A DNA stretch of 64,000 bases from an uncultured Anaerolineales bacterium (GTDB taxonomy: Bacteria; Chloroflexota; Anaerolineae; B4-G1; SLSP01), in NCBI GenBank assembly GCA_964437445.1, contig CAYTGR010000002.1, positions 52,406 to 116,405 on the forward strand. Direction: 5' to 3'. Shown here piece after piece: positions 56,199-64,000 of the stretch. Within the stretch, counting starts at the first letter, position 1. Every line of letters starts with the position of its first letter. Below the pieces are notes generated by a model, which worked only from the letters and a program-made list of their open reading frames with translations, was not told the origin of the DNA and did no database searches. The translations under genes and the position numbers were made by a program.

Positions 56199-56903
56199 AT
56201 GCGTATCTATGTTCATGATTCCTATATCAAGACCCGTTACCGGGTCGGGCAAATTGCCATGTTTGGGGGCATGGGCTTGCTGTTGGCCGGGGCCGTCGTG
56301 GCGCTGGTGCGCCCGACCTGGTGGGTGCCCGTGATGGTGGCGCTGGTGGGGGGATATATCCTCTCCAGCGTGGGGAGCTACTATGGCGACCGTTTTGCCG
56401 GCGACCTGGCTCACTACAAAAAGGTGCCGGAGGCGCTCAAGGGGCTGGATGATCGCTTTGTGCTGTTAGAGTATCTATCACCGACGCCTTTTCTTTTGTT
56501 GGATCCGGGCGGTGCTACCGCAATCCTGGTCAAAACTCAGGGGGGGGCCATTACTTTTGTCAACGGCAAGTGGCAGCACAAGCAATCCATGGGTTGGTTC
56601 CGCCGGTTGGGTGGTCAGGAGACCATTGGTCAACCGGAACGTGAGGCTGAGGCCGAGGCGGAACGGGTGCGGCAGGCGTTCCAGGCCAGGTTGCCCGATA
56701 AGGAAGTGCCGGTGCGCTCAATCATCCTGTTTGTTAACCCCAGAGTGGAGTTGGAGGCCAAGGATTCCCCTGTGCCGGCCTTGATCCCCGAAAAGGTGAA
56801 GGAGTGGCTGCGGGGACCAGGCCGGCGGCCGGCCATGCCGATTGAGACCCGGCGCGCCCTGCTGGACCTCTTGGGCGTGGGGGAAGAAGAGACGGAAGAC
56901 TGA
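56199..56903 (+). CDS. Membrane protein with NERD-like cytoplasmic domain
   Basis: Two TM helices, LKGLDDRFVLL, LLLDPGG..AILVK..GG.I, P..QA-like ETIGQP.RE and VPV..IILF. Start ATG 56199, 4 nt after the fabF stop. Confidence 0.6.
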   Translation: MRIYVHDSYIKTRYRVGQIAMFGGMGLLLAGAVVALVRPTWWVPVMVALVGGYILSSVGSYYGDRFAGDLAHYKKVPEALKGLDDRFVLLEYLSPTPFLLLDPGGATAILVKTQGGAITFVNGKWQHKQSMGWFRRLGGQETIGQPEREAEAEAERVRQAFQARLPDKEVPVRSIILFVNPRVELEAKDSPVPALIPEKVKEWLRGPGRRPAMPIETRRALLDLLGVGEEETED

Positions 56904-56912
56904 ACGGTCACA

Positions 56913-56949
56913 AAAGTGGCCGGTACGAAAAGTACCGGCCACTTTCATT
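56913..56949. terminator. Bidirectional intrinsic terminator
   Basis: AAAGTGGCCGGTAC-GAAAA-GTACCGGCCACTTT 14-bp stem with A/T tails between convergent genes. Confidence 0.85.
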
Positions 56950-56965
56950 TCACTCACAGCTTCAT

Positions 56966-58042
56966 TTATGGCCGCATAGCCTTCAGGCGGGCTTCCCACT
57001 TGGCGTAGAGCCGGTTGTAGGTTTCCTCGCTGATTTTCCCCTGGGCCAGTTGCGTGTCCAGATTGTCCAGCAGAGCCTCAATTTCCGCCGGCGTGGTGGG
57101 GTTGGCCGGCGCGGCCGCGGCTGCACCGGCCGCGGCACCAGCGGCCGCCGGAGCGGCGCCGGGCGCAGCGGGCGCAGCCGGTTGACCGGGCCGTTGTACT
57201 GCCTGGCCGACCATCTGTGCCATCGCTACCCCCAGGCCCAGACCGGCGCCCAGCTCAGCGCCGGTGGCAGCGGCGCCCCCGCTGGGATTGGCGGCGGCAT
57301 CGCGCAGCGCCTGGGCGGCCTGGTATTGCATGTAAGCGTTCATGTCGCCGATGGCGCCCATAGAAGCGCGGGCGTCAATGGCTTTCGCGGTCTCCTCGGT
57401 TGGCGCCAGGGCTTCAATGTAAAACGAGGTCAGTGTAACACCGCGAGCGGCAAATTCTTCCGCTGCTTTGGCCCGTACCCCGGCGGTGATCTCTTCAGCA
57501 AACGCGGCCATCTGGATGACCGACTTGCCGATCTCGCCGAAGATGTCCATCAGCTTCGTCATGATGATGCTGCGGAAGAAGCCTTCAATATCACGCGTGG
57601 CATACAGGCCCTGGGTGCCGACGATCTTGGCGACAAAGAGCTGCGGGTCGTGCACGGTGATCGCGTAAGTGCCGTGGCCGGTCAGCCTGGCCATGCCCAG
57701 GATGGGGTCCTGGATGGTGATGGGCTGAGCGGTGCCCCATTTCATGTCGGTTAGCTCGCGCAGGGTCACAAAATAGATCTCGGCCTTGAACGGGGTCTGG
57801 CCGGAAAAAGCTTTGCCGATCAGGTCAACCAGCAGGGGGACGTTGGCCGTCGTGAGCGTGTGGCGTCCCGGCCCGAACACGTCCAGCGCCTTGCCGTCGC
57901 GGAAGAAGACCGCGGCCTGGCTCTCACGGACAATCAGCTGCGTGCCGATGCGAAAGTCGCCGGATCCCTGTTCCGGGACGCGATGCACGATTTCATTACG
58001 TCCCTCATCTACGTATTCCGCTATATCAAGAATGCGTGCCAT
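56966..58042 (-). CDS. SPFH/Band 7 domain protein (YdjI-like) with Ala-rich linker and short C-terminal helical (SHOCT-like) domain
   Basis: QLIVRESQAAVFFRDG...DVFGPGRHTL.T.N.P, KWGT..PI and G..G.G.G motif. C-terminal L.NLD..LA.GKISEE.Y. Confidence 0.85.
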   Translation of the reverse strand: MARILDIAEYVDEGRNEIVHRVPEQGSGDFRIGTQLIVRESQAAVFFRDGKALDVFGPGRHTLTTANVPLLVDLIGKAFSGQTPFKAEIYFVTLRELTDMKWGTAQPITIQDPILGMARLTGHGTYAITVHDPQLFVAKIVGTQGLYATRDIEGFFRSIIMTKLMDIFGEIGKSVIQMAAFAEEITAGVRAKAAEEFAARGVTLTSFYIEALAPTEETAKAIDARASMGAIGDMNAYMQYQAAQALRDAAANPSGGAAATGAELGAGLGLGVAMAQMVGQAVQRPGQPAAPAAPGAAPAAAGAAAGAAAAAPANPTTPAEIEALLDNLDTQLAQGKISEETYNRLYAKWEARLKAMRP

Positions 58043-58099
58043 GGTGCTCTCCTCTGTTTAATGAAAAGTTCTTTCTTAATGGGATGCTCGCCCTCAGGT

Positions 58100-58639
58100 C
58101 TATTCCCCGGCCGGCACCTGGCCGGCGGCGCCGCTGAGCAATTCCCGCCGCTGATCAAAAGTGGTATTGGCCTCACGGCAGAGGTCGCGTACCAGCAGGA
58201 TCAGAGAACGGGCATCTTCGCCGGTTATGCCCTCGCGGGCGTGGCTGATGGCGGCTTCAATGCGGCTCGCGTAATCCAGCAGCGCAGCGTCAAACTGGTA
58301 GACCGCATCCAGTTCTTCTTCTTTCACCCGGACGGCGTCAAAGAAGCCGCCGTAGCCATAGGCGGCAGTGCGCACCCGGTCGATAAAAGTCTGCAATTGG
58401 GTGGCCGCGCTGCCGGTCTCGTCCAGCAGATCAAACCGGCCCGCAGCTATCAGGTCTTGCTGCAGGCCGTCCAGATGTGTTTTGACCGTGCGCATCCGGT
58501 TGGCGATGGTATCGCGCAGCAGTTTATCAGCTTCACGGCGTAGTTCTTTTTGCTTGTAGCCGTTGTATCCCGGCACGACCTCAGCAATACCACGTTCCAG
58601 GCCGTACATATTCCCCTTGATCCGGTCCAGCAAACTCAT
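58100..58639 (-). CDS. Conserved-looking all-helical hypothetical protein
   Basis: RBS GAGGAGG before ATG 58639; PGY.GY..KELRREADKLLR and GY.GFFDAV...EEELD..YQFD. Confidence 0.8.
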   Translation of the reverse strand: MSLLDRIKGNMYGLERGIAEVVPGYNGYKQKELRREADKLLRDTIANRMRTVKTHLDGLQQDLIAAGRFDLLDETGSAATQLQTFIDRVRTAAYGYGGFFDAVRVKEEELDAVYQFDAALLDYASRIEAAISHAREGITGEDARSLILLVRDLCREANTTFDQRRELLSGAAGQVPAGE

Positions 58640-58846
58640 GGGTTCCTCCTCGTTTGAATTGATCCAATGACTTTCAACGTCAGCTCGTGCTCCCCTCAAC
58701 AAATGTATTGTAGCATAAAAAAGAGCACAAGGGAAGTCACAGCCGACGATGGGCGTGAGACTTACACCACGAATGCCCCCCGGTGGTCATGTGACAGGCC
58801 GCTGCCATGGATGCCTGTGGAGGGCAGATCATTTGTGCAAGTCCTG

Positions 58847-58855
58847 TGCTATAAT
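58847..58855 (+). promoter_or_regulatory. Extended -10 promoter of the ECF S gene
   Basis: TGCTATAAT about 90 nt upstream of the ATG. Confidence 0.5.
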
Positions 58856-58947
58856 AGGTTACGTAGTGCTACGCTAAAAGTTGCTAGGGGCTGAAAAGAC
58901 GGGGCGCAAGGGACGCTTATTTTGACATCAACCAAAAGGGAGAAATC

Positions 58948-59505
58948 ATGTCACAGGATCGTACGCGTAAAACCGTGATTGCTGGGGTTTTGGGGGCCAT
59001 TGCGGCGCTGTTGGGTTGGACGCACTGGGGCTTTATCCCCTGGATCGGCGGGGCGGCGTTGACCATCATGCATGTCCCGGTCATCATTGGGGCCGTGCTG
59101 GAAGGGCCGGCGGTCGGAGTGGCGATCGGCGTCATTTTTGGGTTGTTCAGTATGTTGCAGGCGGCGATTGCGCCAACGGGACCCTCCGACGTGCTCTTTA
59201 CCAACCCTCTGGTGGCGCTGGTACCGCGGCTATTCATTGGACCGGTGGCCTGGTTGTGCTGGCGGGCGTTAGAGCGCTGGCCGGCGGCCGGGTTGATCAC
59301 CGCCGGGATTGCAGGGAGTTTGACCAACACGGTGCTGGTGCTGGGGGCGATTGGTCTGTTGGGGGCAGCCCCCTGGGCGGCTTTGCTCCCGTTAGTGGTC
59401 ACCAATGGTTTGCCTGAAGCGGTCGCTTCGGCCGTGATCACGCTGGCGGTGGTGGCAGCCTGGCGGCGGATTGAGGTGGGACGGCGTAAAGGCGCTAATC
59501 TGTAA
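58948..59505 (+). CDS. ECF transporter S component (pantothenate PanT-like)
   Basis: GFIP...LTIMHVPVIIGA.LEGP..G..IG.IFGL.S, NPL.AL.PR.FIG and TNTVLVLG. Confidence 0.85.
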   Translation: MSQDRTRKTVIAGVLGAIAALLGWTHWGFIPWIGGAALTIMHVPVIIGAVLEGPAVGVAIGVIFGLFSMLQAAIAPTGPSDVLFTNPLVALVPRLFIGPVAWLCWRALERWPAAGLITAGIAGSLTNTVLVLGAIGLLGAAPWAALLPLVVTNGLPEAVASAVITLAVVAAWRRIEVGRRKGANL

Positions 59506-59632
59506 GGCAGTCTCGCCGCGACCGGCATGGCTGAAGCGGCTGTGCTGGTATGTCACTGGGGGGGCCAACCGGGCAACGGTTGGCCCCCCCCAGTTTTTCG
59601 TTTCGCGCGGAAAAGCGAACTTTTGGGTTTTA

Positions 59633-59717
59633 TTGACTTTTCGTTCACCTTTATGATACGATTCTTTGGTATAGTGTTTACAGCCTTAATTAAGAAATTT
59701 AAGAATTCCATTAAGAA
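59633..59717 (+). promoter_or_regulatory. AT-rich promoter region of the polysaccharide locus
   Basis: TTGACT, 18 nt ending in TGA, then TACGAT. Three TTAAGAA copies at 59690, 59699 and 59711. Confidence 0.45.
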
Positions 59718-59731
59718 ACAGCGCAAACCAC

Positions 59732-59834
59732 AGGAATTCCCCATGAACTGGTGTTCACCAGCCGTGGGATGAAAATAGGCTCGTAGTGCCGCGCTTCAGC
59801 GCGTGGGACGGCGCTCAAGCACCTCACTACAAAC
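59732..59834. repeat. Composite REP/MITE-like element, copy 2
   Basis: About 9 mismatches over 103 nt versus the reverse complement of 43171-43273 (manual alignment). Confidence 0.8.
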
Positions 59835-59881
59835 TCAGAACGTTATTTTCATTATTTTCAATTATTTTCAAAGGAGGGACG

Positions 59882-60832
59882 ATGGGACAAGGCAAAGTTT
59901 TGGTGACCGGGGGGGCCGGGTTTATCGGCTCGCATGTGGTGGATGGGTTGATTGAGGCGGGATATGATGTTGCTATTGTAGACGATCTTTCTACAGGCCA
60001 TCGGCGCAATCTTAACCCCAAGGCGCGTTTCTACGAAATCAGTATCTGCGACCCGGGGCTGGCCCAGGTGTTTGAGCAGGAGCGCCCGGACTATGTGGAC
60101 CACCACGCCGCGCAGATGAACGTGCGCCGGTCTATCATTGACCCGGAGTATGACGCCCGGGTGAACATTTTAGGCTCGCTGAACCTCATTCAGTGTGCCG
60201 TGAAGTACGGCGTCAAAAATTTCGTTTACATTTCTTCTGGGGGGGCAGCTTATGGTGAGCCGGAGTATCTGCCCTGTGACGAAGCGCATCCGATCAACCC
60301 CATCTGTCAGTACGGCGTCACCAAGCACACGGTGGAGCATTACCTGTTCCTTTATGGCCGGAATTACGGGCTGAACTATGCTGTACTGCGTTACCCGAAC
60401 GTCTACGGGCCCCGTCAAGATCCCTATGGGGAGGCCGGGGTGGTGGCTATTTTTACCCGCCAGATGCAACATGGGCAGCAGGTTTACATCAACGGCAGCG
60501 GCGAGCAGGTGCGCGACTTTGTCTATGTCTCCGATTGTGCCCGGGCTAACGTGATGTTGATTGAGGATGGCGGCCGCGAGATCTTTAATCTGGGTTGTGG
60601 AGAGGGAACCTCTGTCAACGAAATTTACCAGCATTTGAAGGAAATCAACCAGTATCCGCTGGAGGCCAGGCACAACCCGGCGATCGTCGGGGAAACTTTC
60701 CGCATTTACCTGGATGCCAGCAAGGCCAGGCGGATGTTGAACTGGGAGCCCACTGTTGGCCTGCGTGAGGGGTTGGAACGGACGGCGGCCTATTTCCGGG
60801 AGCATGATCAGGAGCCAGGGAGCGGTGATTAG
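59882..60832 (+). CDS. NAD-dependent sugar epimerase/dehydratase (GalE-like)
   Basis: VTGGAGFIGSH, HHAAQ, YGVTK, LRYPNVYGPRQ and RDFVYV.D. Confidence 0.93.
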   Translation: MGQGKVLVTGGAGFIGSHVVDGLIEAGYDVAIVDDLSTGHRRNLNPKARFYEISICDPGLAQVFEQERPDYVDHHAAQMNVRRSIIDPEYDARVNILGSLNLIQCAVKYGVKNFVYISSGGAAYGEPEYLPCDEAHPINPICQYGVTKHTVEHYLFLYGRNYGLNYAVLRYPNVYGPRQDPYGEAGVVAIFTRQMQHGQQVYINGSGEQVRDFVYVSDCARANVMLIEDGGREIFNLGCGEGTSVNEIYQHLKEINQYPLEARHNPAIVGETFRIYLDASKARRMLNWEPTVGLREGLERTAAYFREHDQEPGSGD

Positions 60833-60953
60833 TGAGGAGTGTATGGTAATAGTTACATAAAGTAGCAGGATGAAACCCTTGAATCTTGCGGCGCTCAGGA
60901 AGAATTGGGCGACTATTGGACGAGAACTAAGTGACTATTTTTTGAGGAGAGCG

Positions 60954-61694
60954 ATGGACGAGAAAGTTTTAGTGATTGATAACGATCCAGGACTGCTCAC
61001 CCTGCTCAAGTTGGGGCTGGAGAGGGACGGCTTCACGGTTTATACGGTGGCCAGCGGACAGGAAGGGCTGCGCCAGGCCTATGAAATCCACCCGGATGTG
61101 ATCATTCTGGACATCATGATGCCGGATATGGATGGTTGGACGACCTGTCAGCGGTTACGCAATATTTGCGATACCCCCATTATCATGCTCACGGCCAAGA
61201 CTTCGCAGATGGATGTGTTGAAAGGATTATCGCTGGGGGCCGACGATTACCTGGCCAAGCCGTGTAGCCTGGATGAGCTGAAGGCGCGCATCCGCACGGT
61301 CTTGCGGCGAAGCGGGGGCCGCAAAAGTGAATCGTGGCAGCTGGTCTACGATGACGGGAATCTGCGCATTGATCTGCGGGATGGGGCGGTCATGTTGCAA
61401 GGGAAGATTGTGGATCTTACGCCTACCGAGTCGCGGCTGCTGCTCTACCTGGTGAGTCAGAAGGGGCGGATCGTGCCCCACAAAGAGCTGCTCACCAGTG
61501 TCTGGGGGCCGGAGTATGCGAAAGAGGTGGGGTATCTCAGCGTCTACGTGCGGTATCTCCGGCGCAAGATTGAGGACGATCCGGAACACCCTGCCTACAT
61601 CCGCACCCGCTGGGGCGTGGGATATTATTTTGCCGGTAGCGGCATGTTAGAGAAATTTCAGAGCCCCAGCTTTGCCGAAAGTGCGCTGCAATGA
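60954..61694 (+). CDS. OmpR/KdpE-family response regulator (orphan)
   Basis: VLVIDND, DVIILDIMMP, GADDYLAKP, LSVYVRYLRRKIEDDP and TRWGVGY. Confidence 0.9.
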   Translation: MDEKVLVIDNDPGLLTLLKLGLERDGFTVYTVASGQEGLRQAYEIHPDVIILDIMMPDMDGWTTCQRLRNICDTPIIMLTAKTSQMDVLKGLSLGADDYLAKPCSLDELKARIRTVLRRSGGRKSESWQLVYDDGNLRIDLRDGAVMLQGKIVDLTPTESRLLLYLVSQKGRIVPHKELLTSVWGPEYAKEVGYLSVYVRYLRRKIEDDPEHPAYIRTRWGVGYYFAGSGMLEKFQSPSFAESALQ

Positions 61695-63499
61695 ACAAAA
61701 AAATCAATGTTCTCCATCTCCTGCGCCGGTGGTGGTGGATGTTGTTAATCAGTCTGTTGGTGCCGGTCGGCGGGGCGCGGTATTTGACTGCCCGGCAGCC
61801 CGACTACTATCAGGCGCGGGTCACCTTGATGATCGGGACCAACTTGCAGAGCGCAGAACCCGATCCGTGGAAGATCAACGTGACCAACAGCCTGGCGAGC
61901 GCCTATGCGCTGCTGGTCAAAGAGCGACCGGTGACCGAAGCGGTGATTAAGCGCCTGGCTTTGCCGTTAACACCGGAGCAACTGGCCCAACGGATCACTA
62001 CCCAGGTTTCAACGGAGGCGCAGCTGTTGACCCTGATGGTGGTGGATGGTAATCCTGATACGGCGGCGTTGATTGCCAACGCTCTGGCCGACGAGTTGGT
62101 GCGGCGCAGCCCGGTCTCGGGCGAGGAACAGCGGCGGCGGCAGGCTTTTGTCAAGGCGCAGATGGATGATCTGGAAAAGCGGATTGATTTCCTCAACCAG
62201 GAAATTGATAAAGTACGCGCTTCACTGTTGGAACTGACCTCGGCGGCGGAGCTGGAGGAAGCGCAGAGCCGGCTCACCCAGCTGGAGAAGTCCAAGGTAG
62301 ATTATCAGACCGCCTACGCCGGCCTGTTAGCCTCCTATAGCCAGGATTCCCCTAATATTGTCTCGGTGTTTCAGCAGGCGGTCAAGCCCTCCTCGCCATT
62401 GCCGCGCCGCGATCTGCTGATTGTCGGGGTTGCTGCGTTGGGCGGCCTGGCGCTGGGGGTTGCCGCAGCGCTCTTGATTGAATACCTGGACGATTCGTTG
62501 CGTTGGGAAGGGGAGTCCAAGCGCACGCTGTTGGACCTGCCGGTGGTAGGAGCGATTCCCACCTCCCGATATTCCAATGTCATGAACAATTTTGACCCGC
62601 TCTCGCCGGCCACCGAGATGATCCGAGCCTTGCGGACAAATATTTTTCTGGTGGCAGGCGACCGCCCGCTGCGGACGTTGTTGGTTACCAGCCCTGACAT
62701 CCAGGCCGGCAAGACGTTTACGGTAGCCCGGCTGGGGCTGGCGATGGCGAACAGCGGCAAACAGGTCATCCTGGTGGATTCCGATCTGCGGCGGCCAGCA
62801 CTGCACGAACAATTTGATCTGCCCAACCTGGAAGGGCTTTCCGATGTGCTGGTCAATCCAGAATCCATGCTGGGCAATTTGTCGGCGCTGCTTCAGCCCA
62901 GCGGTCATCCCAATCTGGCAGTGCTGACGGCCGGGAAGCCCCCTATTGATCCCAGCCTGTTGCTCACTATGCCGCGGCTCAAAGAGCTGTTGCAGGCGTT
63001 GGAGGGATTGGCCGACGTGGTTGTGATTGACAGCCCCCCTGTCATGGTGGGACCGGATAGCACGTTGTTGGCGATGGCATCCGACGGGGCGGTGTTGGTG
63101 GTCAGCTCAGGACGGAGCACCCGGTCGGCGCTGACCACGGCTAAAGAGCAGCTAACCGAACATGGCGATGTGACTCTGTTGGGGGTGGTTTTCAACCGGG
63201 TGACTCCGAGCTCCAATGGCTATTACTACTATGGTTATGGGTTGCCACGCCAGCGCCGGTTCCGTCGCGCCTGGAAATGGCTCAAGGTGCATCTGCCGTT
63301 TTTGCATTTGCCCGAGCTCAAGCGAGAGAAGGTAGATGTGCTGGCGCTGGCCGAGGTGGCAGACATTCTGGGGGTTCAGCGTGCCACGGCGCGGCGCTGG
63401 TGCCAGAGCGGTCGCCTCAAGGCTTACCGTTCCGGGCTGCGGTGGTATGTCAAAAAGGACGATTTTCGGGCCTTTGTAGAACAGTTTTCTAAACCATGA
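61691..63499 (+). CDS. Wzc-like chain-length regulator/BY-kinase with C-terminal MerR-like (HTH_17) domain
   Basis: Two TM helices flanking a coiled coil; Walker A QAGKT, A' VDSDLRRP, B IDSPP; Tyr cluster GYYYYGY; then LAEVADILGV...TARRWCQSGRLKA.R.G..WYV. Confidence 0.88.
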   Translation: MNKKINVLHLLRRWWWMLLISLLVPVGGARYLTARQPDYYQARVTLMIGTNLQSAEPDPWKINVTNSLASAYALLVKERPVTEAVIKRLALPLTPEQLAQRITTQVSTEAQLLTLMVVDGNPDTAALIANALADELVRRSPVSGEEQRRRQAFVKAQMDDLEKRIDFLNQEIDKVRASLLELTSAAELEEAQSRLTQLEKSKVDYQTAYAGLLASYSQDSPNIVSVFQQAVKPSSPLPRRDLLIVGVAALGGLALGVAAALLIEYLDDSLRWEGESKRTLLDLPVVGAIPTSRYSNVMNNFDPLSPATEMIRALRTNIFLVAGDRPLRTLLVTSPDIQAGKTFTVARLGLAMANSGKQVILVDSDLRRPALHEQFDLPNLEGLSDVLVNPESMLGNLSALLQPSGHPNLAVLTAGKPPIDPSLLLTMPRLKELLQALEGLADVVVIDSPPVMVGPDSTLLAMASDGAVLVVSSGRSTRSALTTAKEQLTEHGDVTLLGVVFNRVTPSSNGYYYYGYGLPRQRRFRRAWKWLKVHLPFLHLPELKREKVDVLALAEVADILGVQRATARRWCQSGRLKAYRSGLRWYVKKDDFRAFVEQFSKP

Positions 63500-64000
63500 G
63501 CGCTTTTTCCCGTATCGTTGCTAAAAACTCTTTCTTCAGCTTGCTCGGCCAGGTCGGCATCAAGGCGTTGAGTTTTGTCTTTTCCGTCTTTGTGGTGCGC
63601 CGGCTGGGCGGTGAGAGCTACGGCCAATACATGACGGTATTGGCCTACGTCAACATCTTTGCCATTTTCTCGGACCTGGGGCTGGCTCCGTATGCGTTGC
63701 GCGAGATCGCGAAGGATAAGAGCAAGACCTTCAACCTCTTTTCCAATGTCGTGGCGCTCCGGCTGCTGCTCTCCATCCCGGCGGTGGCGCTGGCGACCGG
63801 GTCGGCGTGGTTTTCCGGCCGTGACCCGGCGTTGGTCTGGGGGATTTTCGTCTATAGCTGCGGCCTCTTTATCTATGCCGTTCAGGGTCCACTGGATGCG
63901 CTGCTCATAGCAAAAGAGCGACTGGATTACTCTTCGCTTTTCAGTGTTATCAATCAGCTGGTCTTTGTCATGCTGGGCACGCTGGTGTTGGTGCAGGGCT
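63496..64000 (+). CDS. Wzx-type polysaccharide flippase (5' part, truncated by window end)
   Basis: Manual translation from ATG 63496: MSAFSRIVAKNSFFSLLGQ...VVRRLGGESYGQY...IFSDLGL..YALREIA. ATGA overlap with the upstream stop. Confidence 0.88.
   Translation, partial: MSAFSRIVAKNSFFSLLGQVGIKALSFVFSVFVVRRLGGESYGQYMTVLAYVNIFAIFSDLGLAPYALREIAKDKSKTFNLFSNVVALRLLLSIPAVALATGSAWFSGRDPALVWGIFVYSCGLFIYAVQGPLDALLIAKERLDYSSLFSVINQLVFVMLGTLVLVQG

Noticed and set aside
58870-58920. c-di-GMP-I-like GAAAAGACGGGGCGCAA upstream of the ECF S gene
   Set aside because: The required stem around the GAAA tetraloop does not pair, and there is no upstream GGCAAA partner.
59716-59760. GCGCAAACCACAGG resembling c-di-GMP-I P2
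   Set aside because: No P1 hairpin, and the downstream part belongs to the dispersed 103-bp repeat.

Overview
GC-rich bacterial chromosomal window, probably Chloroflexota (Anaerolineae-like; inferred from gene content and repeat families). It has about 51 genuine CDS, two of them truncated at the window edges, and no recognisable rRNA, tRNA, CRISPR array or transposase. In order: a threonine-synthase-like/receiver fusion coupled to a hybrid kinase; a Ser/Thr kinase, PP2C, DnaJ-vWA, FHA, response regulator and small GTPase signalling operon; sugar, flippase and salvage genes; a BaeSR-like two-component pair; polyphosphate genes (ppgK, CYTH-HTH-CHAD); a split MgtE-N/CBS plus NRAMP metal transporter behind a 600-nt structured leader; cell-wall genes; an F0-only ATP synthase block; a complex I operon; a 7-blade lectin-like propeller; GH1 x2, GH31, GT2 and GT4; bactofilin; an L,D-transpeptidase; fabF; SPFH; an ECF S component; and the start of a polysaccharide locus. 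The most striking system is the complex I operon. It encodes only membrane subunits (nuoA-H-J-K-L-M-N, no B/C/D/I/E/F/G). Its NuoL lateral helix carries three tandem 26-aa repeats although only one nuoM is present. It lies directly upstream of an F1-less atp block with a b-delta fusion. Intergenic DNA contains several repeat families: heptamer tandem/inverted arrays, GTAG-type REP-like hairpins and a 103-bp MITE-like pair. All annotation is from manual motif reading; no database searches were run.
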